From IMG/VR virus record IMGVR_UViG_3300044658_000058, positions 32,001 through 96,000 of that record: DNA of 64,000 bases; one strand, 5' to 3'. The position numbers were made by a program, and so were the translations under genes. Shown one piece after another: positions 1 to 8,513 of this stretch. How positions within the stretch are numbered: the stretch's first letter is position 1; each line of letters starts with the position of its first letter. Origin of the DNA: a virus. The notes beneath the pieces were generated by a model. The model worked only from the letters and a program-made list of their open reading frames with translations. It was not told the origin of the DNA and did not search any database.

Positions 1-564
1 TAAATTTTCGACTTTGACGACATAACGGAATTTTTGATCAGTCTCACCAATCCTGTAGCTCATGCCATCCTGCATCCCGGCCTTGGCCGAAGCACCTTCC
101 GACATCTTCACGGTCTTCACATAAATAGCCTCGCCATCGGCTTCGATGGAAAGCTCTTCATGCGAATAAAGGCTAACTGCCTTCATGATTGTTTTGAGAT
201 TTTCAGCCGTGAATTCGAAAGAATAAATTGTCTCTGCCACATTCAGGTTTTTATCCTTTGGTGGCCAGACAAACAGTGATGGATTGCAATAACGATATGT
301 CGCTTTGTGTGAGCCTTCCTCTATCGTTACCTTGGTATCGTCAAAGGATAGGTCCGGCTCTTTGAAGAGCGAGAGAATACCAAGGAACATTGGCAGATTA
401 TAAATGCCGCAGTCCCTTGGAAATTCCTCTTTAACGTTCGCTTCCGCATACACCACGTTTAGAGGCGTGATGATGCGTTGGCGGTGCCCTTCAAGGAACA
501 TTATAGATTGGTTGATAGTCGAAAAATTCTGTAGAATTTCTACAGTTTCTTTAGATATTTTCAA
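1..564 (-). CDS. gp45: Sliding clamp (T4 gp45-like), runs off the window edge
   Basis: Manual translation from TTG at 564: MKISKETVEILQNFSTINQSIMF...EEFPRDCGIYNLPMFLGILSLFKEPDLSF, the typical gp45 N-terminus; not in the ORF track because the stop lies outside the window. Confidence 0.85.
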   Translation of the reverse strand, partial: MKISKETVEILQNFSTINQSIMFLEGHRQRIITPLNVVYAEANVKEEFPRDCGIYNLPMFLGILSLFKEPDLSFDDTKVTIEEGSHKATYRYCNPSLFVWPPKDKNLNVAETIYSFEFTAENLKTIMKAVSLYSHEELSIEADGEAIYVKTVKMSEGASAKAGMQDGMSYRIGETDQKFRYVVKVENL

Positions 565-567
565 TAC

Positions 568-1080
568 TTATTTCTTTTCCAGTGAAAAATGATATAGAAG
601 AATCAAATAATGAATGGCCTTCAAAATATCTTTTGGATTATGACCTTCCTTTTTACCATACCTTGCTGTATATTTCAAGACATTTCCTTTAAGGAAGTCA
701 TATGAATCCGAATTCGACATGATGAATTCGAGCGCCTGAATGCCGTCTTTCTCGGAATAATGCGCTGTATAAGTCGAGTCGATATAATCCTTGATCTTAT
801 CGAGGATTGCGCCTTCGTTAAACTTGTAGATCACCAAAGGTGTCGGCATTTGAATATACGGAAAATGCGCAATACCGTCTTGAATCGGAATTGTGCCGGT
901 TAGCGTTTGGTTCGGGTAGACCGTGCCAGCCGCCGTATCAACCGGGTACGGGAAGCCTGATATCGCCGTTGTCGTCTGGAATGACGCATTGGCGATCATA
1001 GAGCTTGGGTATCCCTGAATTGACGTTACACTCAATTGGTTGTTATTAGCCGAAAGATCGGTAATTTTCGATTCAGCCAT
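568..1080 (-). CDS. DUF3310-type (T7 gp1.7-like) domain protein
   Basis: C-terminal HY...IQALEFI...FLKGNVLKYTARYGKKEG...DILKAIHYL motif. Confidence 0.7.
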   Translation of the reverse strand: MAESKITDLSANNNQLSVTSIQGYPSSMIANASFQTTTAISGFPYPVDTAAGTVYPNQTLTGTIPIQDGIAHFPYIQMPTPLVIYKFNEGAILDKIKDYIDSTYTAHYSEKDGIQALEFIMSNSDSYDFLKGNVLKYTARYGKKEGHNPKDILKAIHYLILLYHFSLEKK

Positions 1081-1925
1081 TATTTCAACCCCTTCACTTC
1101 TTCCTTGTCGGCAGTTGGGCTCATACCCGTAGCAGCGACCGCAGGAAGGTTACCGATGAACTTGGTTGTTCCAACGTGATGGACGTTCATCCATGGGCAA
1201 AGGGTTACGTTAATGCCCATCTTTCTCGATTCTTGACAGAAGAAATAATCTTCCGAAAGGTGCCGTTCATTGACGATAGGGTCTTGAAAATAAGCCATGA
1301 TGCGGCGATCACCGTCAAAATTCTTCGACCGCACGTGGTCTGGCTTATACAGGAATTGTGGACGTTGATCATTCCAGACTTCGAAGATCGAACGATTGAT
1401 AAGCATGAACCCGGTTCCGATTTCCAGAACGTCAATCGGTTCGTCGATCTTGTATTCGCCATCCTTGGTCGGATTGAACACAAAGTCGCCCGCATAGTTG
1501 TCGAGAACAAACGGATTCTTGTCAGCGTATCCTAGTTCGACCGCTCGCTTGACCTTTTCCCAAGCAATCGACTTCTTTGGATAGGCAGCGCCTATGATAC
1601 CTTTCGAGGGGTCGTTCTGGGTGATTTGAAGCATCCCAAAAACGTCCATTGGGTTGAATTCAATGTCCGAATCAATGAACAACAAATCCGTAAACCCAGA
1701 ACGCATGAATTCATCAGCGCTGTAATTTCTTGCTCTCGTAATGAGAGACTCGTTGAATAGAGCGAAAAAGGTATTCTTGATACCATATTGGGTTAGCAAA
1801 CCCGTCAAATCGAGAACGGACTTCATGTAAAAGCCCGAATTGCTTCCACCATACATTGGTGTTGCAATGAAAACAGAACGATTTGCAGATAGTGTTTCTA
1901 CATCGATATTAATTTTAGTGTTCAT
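1080..1925 (-). CDS. GT-A fold glycosyltransferase-like phage protein
   Basis: IATPMYGG, ESLITRARN, LFIDSDI (DxD) and LSEDYFFC motifs. Confidence 0.75.
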   Translation of the reverse strand: MNTKINIDVETLSANRSVFIATPMYGGSNSGFYMKSVLDLTGLLTQYGIKNTFFALFNESLITRARNYSADEFMRSGFTDLLFIDSDIEFNPMDVFGMLQITQNDPSKGIIGAAYPKKSIAWEKVKRAVELGYADKNPFVLDNYAGDFVFNPTKDGEYKIDEPIDVLEIGTGFMLINRSIFEVWNDQRPQFLYKPDHVRSKNFDGDRRIMAYFQDPIVNERHLSEDYFFCQESRKMGINVTLCPWMNVHHVGTTKFIGNLPAVAATGMSPTADKEEVKGLK

Positions 1926-1937
1926 TAATTCCCTTGG

Positions 1938-2828
1938 TCAATATGCATTCCATGAACCTAGTACATCTTGTCCATCCTCACTGTTTTCATTATCAATAGA
2001 TTCTTCCGCAGCTTCATACTTTAGCTTGAAGTTATCGAAAAATCCGTCTCTGGTGCCTGCATCAAAGCGGCTAAGACAAAGCATTATTGCCTTATCGACA
2101 TCTTTCCAGATGCCGAAAGCTTTGATCATTTGTACGAGTCGTCTTGTGGAAATCGTATGCTCTATCATCCCATTCTCATGGGATTTGCGGGCGTCGGCGG
2201 CAAACTGGACTAGAGCTTTGATTAGATTTTCTGTATTTTCGATCTTAAAATATTTTGCAACATTTGTCAATATCTTTTTTTCGGTTTCAGCATCCGGATA
2301 GCCGCATTCCATAGTGACCGGAAAGCGTTCCAGAAAAGCTTCATTCAGAACTTGGGTTCCCACGAATGCGCCTGTGCTATCGCCCGTTCCCTTGGTGTTG
2401 GCCGTGGCAAAAATCTGGAAACCATCCTTGGGCATGACCCATTCGCCGGTTTTCTTCATCAGATAACCCTTGCCTTCAAGGATGCTCTGTAAGCACATAA
2501 TCAGCATGGGAGAAGCCAAGTCGATTTCGTCAAGCAAGAGGATGCCGCCAGCCTCCATAGCCGCCAGCACCGGGCCTTTCTCGACTAGGGTGTTGCCGTC
2601 CTTAAGACGCATACCACCAATCATGTCGTCTTCATTGGTTTCGAAGGTGACATTCAGGCGGAAATATTCTCTCTGTGCAACGGCACAGATATGTTCAATG
2701 GTTTCAGTCTTACCACAACCGGATAATCCGGTAAGCAAACAAGGATAGAAAAAATTAGACTTTAGAAGAGTAGCACAATCATCATAAACACCGAATGGAA
2801 TGAATAGGGGATTTACTTTAGGTATCAA
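1938..2828 (-). CDS. MoxR/CobS-like AAA+ ATPase
   Basis: Walker A GLSGCGKT, Walker B LLLDEID, ATANT sensor, EAFLERF, STRRL. Confidence 0.9.
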   Translation of the reverse strand: MIPKVNPLFIPFGVYDDCATLLKSNFFYPCLLTGLSGCGKTETIEHICAVAQREYFRLNVTFETNEDDMIGGMRLKDGNTLVEKGPVLAAMEAGGILLLDEIDLASPMLIMCLQSILEGKGYLMKKTGEWVMPKDGFQIFATANTKGTGDSTGAFVGTQVLNEAFLERFPVTMECGYPDAETEKKILTNVAKYFKIENTENLIKALVQFAADARKSHENGMIEHTISTRRLVQMIKAFGIWKDVDKAIMLCLSRFDAGTRDGFFDNFKLKYEAAEESIDNENSEDGQDVLGSWNAY

Positions 2829-4504
2829 ATTGAACCACCAAAAACTGCCATTCTATCTGTCAAATCGTCGATAAAAACTCTTGGATTGTTCTGCATTAGT
2901 TGATTCCCAATGAAGAATGCTCCAGTACACGTGTCTGTTTCTTTATATTCATATTCATCACCGTGAACTATATGATATGCCCACACATTTGAACCGGTCC
3001 TGTGACGGAGAATCTTCATCAATGGTCCTACGGAATTTCTAGAACCCAGAAAATTTTCGCACATATCAACCATATAATTAGATTTCAAATCGGTATAATT
3101 ATCGCCATAGATCGTCGCTGTACATCCTCCATCTGTGATGAAGATCGTATTCATCACATCGATCCGTTTTGTTTCCATAAAATCCAAAACCATAGTTTTG
3201 GCATAGTGGATTGTGGAGCTTAACGGAGTTCCAGACTTCAATTTCTTGCGTTTCAGACGGAGTGTCTTAGCCAGAATTGTCTTGGCTGAGTCCGTTGACG
3301 ACATGAGCGGAACCAACCCAAACCCGCATTTTATGAGTGCGCATTCGTGTGGTTCATCCTGAAATCCATAAGCCTCAAACGGCATTGACAGTTGCTTACA
3401 AAACAAGGTCAACAAATAAAGATGTTCGACCACATTTTTCCAGACTCCAGACATGGAACCCGACATATCAACATAGATAATGAAACCATGATTCTTCTGG
3501 CGATCTATGATCATCCGGCGAAGCATAACGTCATCATTATATTTGTAGGAATGCAACTTAAGAGGGTCGAGCATTCCCGTATCCGCCATCAGATTTCGGG
3601 CATAGAGGCGACCGTTTTTCTTTCTTTGAAACAGAGAAACCATCCTATTGATAAGATAGCGGCCCGGCAACGCTGTTTCTTCGTCGGGCAACTCTGCTTC
3701 GAAAGAAAAATCTTTCGTCAAAATTTTTCTGTAATTGGAATCAGGAACATCAATATGACCACGATTGAACCATGAGTTCGTTTGTTGGGTTTCGATAACA
3801 GCTATCTTGACGCCAAGCTTTTCCAGAGTTTGGAGAGTTTTAACTCCCTTTTCACCTTCAAGATCGCCATCGAAAACACCAAGAGTTAGAACCACATCTT
3901 CATCGGAAGACTGTTCTTCCTGTGGCAATTGTGCGAAGAAATCGTCTGCAATCTCTTCGATTTGGGCAAACGTCTTTGCAGCATTTGTCCGATCAATCCA
4001 AACTTGTTCCTCTGGCGTGAATGTCAAGCCATACGGATTACCAATTGGCGTGGTTTTGAAGTACAAATTCAGGCGATTAATCAAGCTCATGGCTTGCGCC
4101 GCTGCTAAATCGCCTTGCAATTCCCAAAGATCAAGATTGTATATAAGTTCGTGAACACCTTCGGCATACCATTTCTTCATGCCGACATAGCGTTGTGGCA
4201 TCAGCCGGTCAATTCTAGCATCCTCAAAAACGTTCAGAATGTCTCGATATACAGCCCGTTGGTTTTTGGGACGACTCCGGATAGCTCTAAGCCAGTCTTC
4301 CGCTGGCGTGAAGATAGCATGAGAAATTTCGTGACAAAGAAGAAACCGCTGCAATTTCCTCGTACCGTCCCACGCTGGTAGATATAGCGTTCTGGTTTCA
4401 AGGTCAAAGCAAGCAGTTTCTAGTTTGGAATCTATCGAAACTCTAATGTTCTCTTGTGCTAGTACATTCGAGAAAACATTAGCATATTCAATAGAAAATT
4501 TCAT
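2825..4504 (-). CDS. CobT-like protein: HExxH metallopeptidase-like domain plus VWA domain
   Basis: HEISH...NVFEDARI, MIDAS DMSGSMS, GTPL, FITDG; adjacent to the AAA partner. Confidence 0.85.
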   Translation of the reverse strand: MKFSIEYANVFSNVLAQENIRVSIDSKLETACFDLETRTLYLPAWDGTRKLQRFLLCHEISHAIFTPAEDWLRAIRSRPKNQRAVYRDILNVFEDARIDRLMPQRYVGMKKWYAEGVHELIYNLDLWELQGDLAAAQAMSLINRLNLYFKTTPIGNPYGLTFTPEEQVWIDRTNAAKTFAQIEEIADDFFAQLPQEEQSSDEDVVLTLGVFDGDLEGEKGVKTLQTLEKLGVKIAVIETQQTNSWFNRGHIDVPDSNYRKILTKDFSFEAELPDEETALPGRYLINRMVSLFQRKKNGRLYARNLMADTGMLDPLKLHSYKYNDDVMLRRMIIDRQKNHGFIIYVDMSGSMSGVWKNVVEHLYLLTLFCKQLSMPFEAYGFQDEPHECALIKCGFGLVPLMSSTDSAKTILAKTLRLKRKKLKSGTPLSSTIHYAKTMVLDFMETKRIDVMNTIFITDGGCTATIYGDNYTDLKSNYMVDMCENFLGSRNSVGPLMKILRHRTGSNVWAYHIVHGDEYEYKETDTCTGAFFIGNQLMQNNPRVFIDDLTDRMAVFGGSI

Positions 4505-4878
4505 ATAGCCTTTTTGAAATCCTCTGCGAAAGACTTAAGTCTTTTTATAGATATCACACGTTCTTTTCGGTTACGTAGTTCCTGTTCAACTTTCGCCAAA
4601 GCATCTTTACGTTCACGATCAAGCTTTGCAGTTTCCCATACAAAATCATGAAAATCTGGATCGAGTTTGATCTTTTCGCTATTGAAAACACGTCCACCAT
4701 TTGTCCTAACAACAGTAAACATATGAGTATCTTCTGAAACAGTAACATAAGTATTTTCGTAATAGATGGTGGCATGACTTCCACCAAAATCTGTTCCTTT
4801 TACAGTATTTTGAATGCAAGTATTCACCAATTCATCATAGATTTTCTGTTGTTCTTGACGATATTCTTCGCCTGTCAT
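4501..4878 (-). CDS. Hypothetical protein
   Basis: 125-aa ORF with ATGA overlaps to both neighbours. Confidence 0.7.
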   Translation of the reverse strand: MTGEEYRQEQQKIYDELVNTCIQNTVKGTDFGGSHATIYYENTYVTVSEDTHMFTVVRTNGGRVFNSEKIKLDPDFHDFVWETAKLDRERKDALAKVEQELRNRKERVISIKRLKSFAEDFKKAI

Positions 4879-5414
4879 TTACGTAGTCCCATTAGTTTGT
4901 TTGTTGAATACATGATACCTGTGCGCTTAGCACACTTCCGAACCATCATATCGACTTTGAGTTTCGAGAAACCAGCAAAGAATGGTTTGCCATCGATATG
5001 ACACATTTCGTGTTGAATGATACGGGCGGTCAAACCAGAAAGCGTGGCTTCCTTTTCCTCGCCGCTGACTGTCTGGTACTGGACCGTGATTGTCTTTGCC
5101 CGTTCAACCTTGGCAATGAGGCCGGGGAAGCTCAAACACCCTTCCTCCATCAAATCCGTTTCTGTGGACAAGGATTCGATCTTTGGATTGAACATCGGCA
5201 TGATCGATCCGGCGTCACGACCATTGCCGAATACGAAAACGGAATATGGAATGCCGATTTGGTTGGCAGAAAGGCCATAACCCTTCATTTCCGACAATGC
5301 GCTTTTCAACGTCTCGAATAGCTCATGAGCGTTCTGTGTGGCGAAATCGAACGGAATTGTGGGAATATAAAGGATAGGATTGTCGGAAGCGACTAGATCG
5401 GATTTGTTGGTCAT
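4875..5414 (-). CDS. def: Peptide deformylase
   Basis: GYGLSANQIG, EGCLS and QHEMCH motifs. Confidence 0.92.
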   Translation of the reverse strand: MTNKSDLVASDNPILYIPTIPFDFATQNAHELFETLKSALSEMKGYGLSANQIGIPYSVFVFGNGRDAGSIMPMFNPKIESLSTETDLMEEGCLSFPGLIAKVERAKTITVQYQTVSGEEKEATLSGLTARIIQHEMCHIDGKPFFAGFSKLKVDMMVRKCAKRTGIMYSTNKLMGLRK

Positions 5415-5584
5415 TCTTTGTACCTTTCTATCGCCCGTATTGCGGCTCGGGCTTCGTCTTTAAATTCTTTCCAGAGTTCGCATCGTGACGAATCTTCGGA
5501 ATTGCAAATCAGGCAGAGTCGCTTGTTGATGGTCTTGCCAGCCGCAAGACATATCTCACGACTGACTAACTCCACTTTCGACAT
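5411..5584 (-). CDS. Small Cys-containing hypothetical protein (57 aa)
   Basis: Manual translation MSKVELVSREICLAAGKTINKRLCLICNSEDSSRCELWKEFKDEARAAIRAIERYKE; its stop overlaps the def ATG (ATGA). Confidence 0.6.
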   Translation of the reverse strand: MSKVELVSREICLAAGKTINKRLCLICNSEDSSRCELWKEFKDEARAAIRAIERYKE

Positions 5585-6347
5585 GGCGATATCTCTCTTC
5601 GATTCGGAGCGGATTGCTGCGAACCATGCGTGTCCGGATGACCGGTTTTGTAGGATGATGTTCGAAAGGAATAGTCGCCAATTCCTTCAAAGTCAAGTGC
5701 CTTTCTTCCGTGACACGGGTAATTTCGGTTCCTACTCGGAAACAGGCAGCATGTTCTTCAAAGAAATCAATGCCAAACGCTTTGATCATTTCCAACTTTT
5801 CCTTTGTGGTCTTTCCCATAAGTTTGGAGTGGCCAAAAAGGAAATGTGCAGCCGATTGGACGGAATTTTTAAAGGCGTCTTGTTGCCTCCAAAGGATCAT
5901 ATTGTTGGCTTCTTCCATGGTCGGAACGTTGATAATTCGGCAATCAAACGATGGAATCGTTTTTGGTGGCTCGCCAAAATATGAACAATAAGCAAGCGTG
6001 AATTTGGCGGCACACATCGCCGCTAGGACCGATGCGAGCTTCTGAATCTTGCCATCGAACATGAACTGCGATAAACCGTGACACGGTTCCCAAATCAGCG
6101 AAATTTCATCTGACTGTGTGTACCCAAGGACAGCCTTGGTTTCATAGGCCAGATATTCGGTCGTATCCTGCATACAGGCGGACATGTCACGGTCAAATGG
6201 CCGCTTCATTCTCCGGGTAAAACTAGAGAATGAACGACCATCCAAACGAGCATAAACCGGCAGAGATGTATCAAGCTTCTGTTCCGTGAAAGGTCTTTCA
6301 TAAGCCTTCATGCGGTCACCGAAGTTGTCGTGGTGTTTTGTACTCAT
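5556..6347 (-). CDS. Thg1-like protein (tRNA-His guanylyltransferase / 3'-5' RNA polymerase family)
   Basis: RMKAYE, RLDGRSFSSFT, GYTQSDEISL, FDCR and WRQQDAFKNS motifs. Confidence 0.92.
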   Translation of the reverse strand: MSTKHHDNFGDRMKAYERPFTEQKLDTSLPVYARLDGRSFSSFTRRMKRPFDRDMSACMQDTTEYLAYETKAVLGYTQSDEISLIWEPCHGLSQFMFDGKIQKLASVLAAMCAAKFTLAYCSYFGEPPKTIPSFDCRIINVPTMEEANNMILWRQQDAFKNSVQSAAHFLFGHSKLMGKTTKEKLEMIKAFGIDFFEEHAACFRVGTEITRVTEERHLTLKELATIPFEHHPTKPVIRTRMVRSNPLRIEERYRHVESGVSQS

Positions 6348-7327
6348 GTATACTTTGTTTCAACTTTATCTGGCCATAGAGGATAGTTCACATCTTTATA
6401 GTGACGTTCATAATAATCTGGTCCATAATAAGTTTGATCTTTACTCTTCCATTCGTTATGGAATATTTCGTTGATTTCCTGTTGCGTCAAAGTGAAAGCA
6501 TCTTGCTCTTCTTTTGTCGCATGGAAATAATAATGCCGGTCACCATATGGGATTTCTGGCATCGGTTCATCCGATGCGGTGATGATCGCTTTGTCACTTA
6601 GTTTTCTGGCGAAATTGTAGTGGCGATAATTCGGATCGTGTTTAGACAGATAAACAAAAACCAAATACGGTTGCTTATTCTGTTCGATGAAATAATGGGT
6701 ATTTCTTGTGGCACCATATCCATAGTAGAATTTTTGCGTTTTGTTCAACGGATCATTTTTATCCACATCACGATATGTGAGAGATGAAACATAGAATGTC
6801 CCGATATATCGGCCATTGACGGTAGGCGATTCCACCATGTCACCGACTTCAAGCTTTTTGCGCTCTGGTGGAGCGAGGAAAGTCAGATAGCGTTCATCGT
6901 TTACGGAAATCAGATGGTTGATTGCACCGATGCGGCCCCAAAGAAATTCACCTTGGATTTCGCCTTTCAGGAAATCATTGTGGTTCAGAAGGTCGGAAAG
7001 GTTGTGAGCGGTGATTTCAAGCTGGAAACCACGAGGATCATTGATTCGGAACCATTTGTTTGAGGTTTCATATCGAGATACTGAATGATCGAAGCGAAAG
7101 CCTGACAATGGCTTGTTTTCGAGCGTGAGTGCTTCTAGGCGCTTGTCCGGCTCATTGGGATGATACAGAGCCCAATTCCAGTGCTTGCCAGCCCATTGGT
7201 CTACCGTCTCTTTGCGCTTCTGTGCAGCGGAATCGGTTCCATCCGGAACCGCAAAACCAAGAACGTCGCCATCGTGTTCAACTTTACGACCGACGTAAAG
7301 TTGTTTCGGAAAATTACAAATTTCCAC
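6344..7327 (-). CDS. Conserved hypothetical large-phage protein
   Basis: 327-aa ORF with LENKPLSGF...DPRGFQLEI..NL motif; first CDS after the permuted tRNA-like RNAs. Confidence 0.75.
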   Translation of the reverse strand: MEICNFPKQLYVGRKVEHDGDVLGFAVPDGTDSAAQKRKETVDQWAGKHWNWALYHPNEPDKRLEALTLENKPLSGFRFDHSVSRYETSNKWFRINDPRGFQLEITAHNLSDLLNHNDFLKGEIQGEFLWGRIGAINHLISVNDERYLTFLAPPERKKLEVGDMVESPTVNGRYIGTFYVSSLTYRDVDKNDPLNKTQKFYYGYGATRNTHYFIEQNKQPYLVFVYLSKHDPNYRHYNFARKLSDKAIITASDEPMPEIPYGDRHYYFHATKEEQDAFTLTQQEINEIFHNEWKSKDQTYYGPDYYERHYKDVNYPLWPDKVETKYT

Positions 7328-7354
7328 TCAAAAATCCTGATTGTGTGATTAAGG

Positions 7355-7430
7355 CGGGCGTCCTCACCAAACTAGACGAACCCGGCCATAGCGTTGTGGC
7401 CCGGTATGGGATTCGAACCCATGTTTCCCG
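7355..7430 (-). ncRNA. Circularly permuted tRNA-like element 2
   Basis: Minus strand: CGGG AAAC ATGGG-TTCGAAT-CCCAT ACCGGGCC ACAA / cgctat / GGCCGGGT TC GTCT AGTTTGGTG AGGAC G CCCG. Confidence 0.75.
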
Positions 7431-7439
7431 AGAATTCAG

Positions 7440-7514
7440 TAGGGCGTCCTATCCGCTAGACGACCTCGCCCATAAATGGTGGGCGAGGGCTGGATTCGAA
7501 CCAACGTTTCCCTA
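7440..7514 (-). ncRNA. Circularly permuted tRNA-like element 1
   Basis: Minus strand: TAGGG AAAC GTTGG-TTCGAAT-CCAGC CCTCGCCC ACCA / tttat / GGGCGAGG TC GTCT AGCGGAT AGGAC G CCCTA. Confidence 0.8.
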
Positions 7515-7521
7515 AGCTTTA

Positions 7522-7550
7522 TATATACGACTTTTAGAAAGAAATGTCAA
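7522..7550 (-). promoter_or_regulatory. Sigma70-type promoter for the permuted tRNA-like RNAs and downstream genes
   Basis: TTGACA-17 nt-TATATA; predicted +1 near 7513-7516. Confidence 0.7.
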
Positions 7551-8163
7551 CTCTTTTTTGATAAAGTGCATCACCAAAAATATGATATTTTTCTAAATCG
7601 ATTTCTTTTCTCACAAAGCCATGTTTTTCCATGAAGGCATCCACGGTGGCAACAGAAGCACTATTTTCATACATAACTTTTCGCCACACTTCCAATAGAA
7701 TATATTTAATGTTTTTAAGAGTTTCTATTCCACCATTCAAAACAAATAATTCATATCCTTGAACATCTATAACAAGAGTATTGTATATCATTTCATGATC
7801 GATGAAATATTCGTCTAAAGATGTTTGTAATATAGATTTTGGCGTAAACGATCTTTCTGGATATTCTATTAAATGATTAGTAGGTTTTAAAATTGAACTA
7901 GAAACACCATTTTTGCTTGACTCAAAAATGGTGACCGTTGAAGTTTTATCACCCAAAGCAATATTTTCAGCGATCATCTGTGGATATGGCTTTATTGTGT
8001 CCAAAAGTTCCTTGAATGGTCCTTCAAGAGGTTCAAACAATAGTACAGGAACATCTTTTTTCGCATAGAATGGAACTTCCTGTCCAATATGAGCACCGAC
8101 ATGAATTACGCCGGTGACATCTTTTCCAGACAGGTACATTTCCGCCGCTGTATCGTCTGCCAC
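7534..8163 (-). CDS. FkbM-family SAM-dependent methyltransferase
   Basis: VIHVGAHIGQE, FEP, IALG, IDVQGYELFVLNG motifs. Confidence 0.88.
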   Translation of the reverse strand: MADDTAAEMYLSGKDVTGVIHVGAHIGQEVPFYAKKDVPVLLFEPLEGPFKELLDTIKPYPQMIAENIALGDKTSTVTIFESSKNGVSSSILKPTNHLIEYPERSFTPKSILQTSLDEYFIDHEMIYNTLVIDVQGYELFVLNGGIETLKNIKYILLEVWRKVMYENSASVATVDAFMEKHGFVRKEIDLEKYHIFGDALYQKRVDISF

Positions 8164-8171
8164 GATAATTC

Positions 8172-8501
8172 CTAATTATTTGCTGTTGGGACGTTTTTGG
8201 TTGGAATATAGATCGGATAATCTAGATTTGGTTTTTCGTGCCTTTCTAAGCCTTCAAGAGCAGATATAATATCTTTTGAATTCTTTGGTGTTAGATTACC
8301 CAACAAAGCTTTTGCTGCTTTGTACAGATTCTCGTCATCGAGAATTTTACAATTTGCCAGATCAATAATATTTCTTGGATTTTTAAGAGACTGCGATGCC
8401 CACGCTTTCTCTTTATTTGAATTTACCAATATTGTCCATAAAACAGCTACCTTCTCATTCAAATCTTCTATTTGTTCTTCTAATTCTTTTATCTTATTCA
8501 T
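8172..8501 (-). CDS. Hypothetical protein
   Basis: 109-aa ORF, co-oriented, N-terminal coiled coil. Confidence 0.65.
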   Translation of the reverse strand: MNKIKELEEQIEDLNEKVAVLWTILVNSNKEKAWASQSLKNPRNIIDLANCKILDDENLYKAAKALLGNLTPKNSKDIISALEGLERHEKPNLDYPIYIPTKNVPTANN

Positions 8502-8513
8502 CTATTTAATACC

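Noticed and set aside
1938-4504. Cobalamin biosynthesis (cobS/cobT)
   Set aside because: This AAA+/VWA pair is common in T4-like phages and no other cob genes are present; it is better treated as a chaperone-type module.
7394-7471. A conventional tRNA with GAA anticodon read from 5' half 1 through 3' half 2
   Set aside because: GGGCGAGG and ACCGGGCC do not form an acceptor stem and the anticodon stem pairs for only 3 bp; each half pairs with its permuted partner instead.
7129-7515. 128-aa plus-strand ORF ending WWARAGFEPTFP
   Set aside because: Typical antisense translation of tRNA-like sequence; the same applies to ORFs 16892-17188 and 34276-34485.
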